From: Chiloscyllium plagiosum | Lineage: Eukaryota | Reading direction: 5' to 3' | DNA: 20,000 nt | Assembly: GCF_004010195.1 (NCBI RefSeq) | Contig: NC_057749.1 | Span: 9,081,117-9,101,116, forward strand | Part shown: piece by piece, positions 19,858 to 20,000 of the stretch | How the letters are laid out: each line of letters begins with the position of its first letter | How positions within the stretch are numbered: position 1 is the stretch's first letter | Notes under the pieces: generated by a model | Database searches by the model: none | The model's input: only the letters and a program-made list of their open reading frames with translations | Told to the model about the DNA's origin: nothing | Position numbers and translations under genes: made by a program

Positions 19858-20000
19858 GGAGAGTGAGAATGAGAGTGAGAGTGAGAGTGAGATTGAGAGT
19901 GAGAGTGAGAGAGAGTGAACCAGTGAGAGTGGGAGTGGGAGTGAAATAGAGAAAGTGAGAGTGAGAGAGAGAGGTTGAGAGAGCGAGAGTGAGAGAGGTT
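19858..20000 (+). repeat. (GAGAGT)n microsatellite running off the window end
   Basis: Directly visible hexamer repeat. Confidence 0.95.

Overview
Eukaryotic, repeat-rich vertebrate DNA. HE1/V-SINE, DeuSINE and CR1 families point to an elasmobranch (shark/ray); this is inferred from recalled repeat consensus, not a search. Most listed ORFs are spurious or transposon-derived. Hidden among the repeats and missed by the ORF track is a spliced minus-strand gene. Five short GT-AG exons (12537-12464, 7240-7156, 6415-6342, 1761-1697, 462-392) join in phase into the last 122 aa of an unidentified coiled-coil protein with a CxxC motif. The introns hold SINEs, CR1 fragments, Penelope pieces with decayed hammerhead motifs, a Tigger-like MITE and LTRs. 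Two structures are not explained by ordinary repeats: a 171-bp inverted repeat whose loop holds an in-phase candidate alternative exon, and a diverged intronic duplication ending in a 30-nt identical block. All alignments were done by eye and repeat boundaries are approximate.
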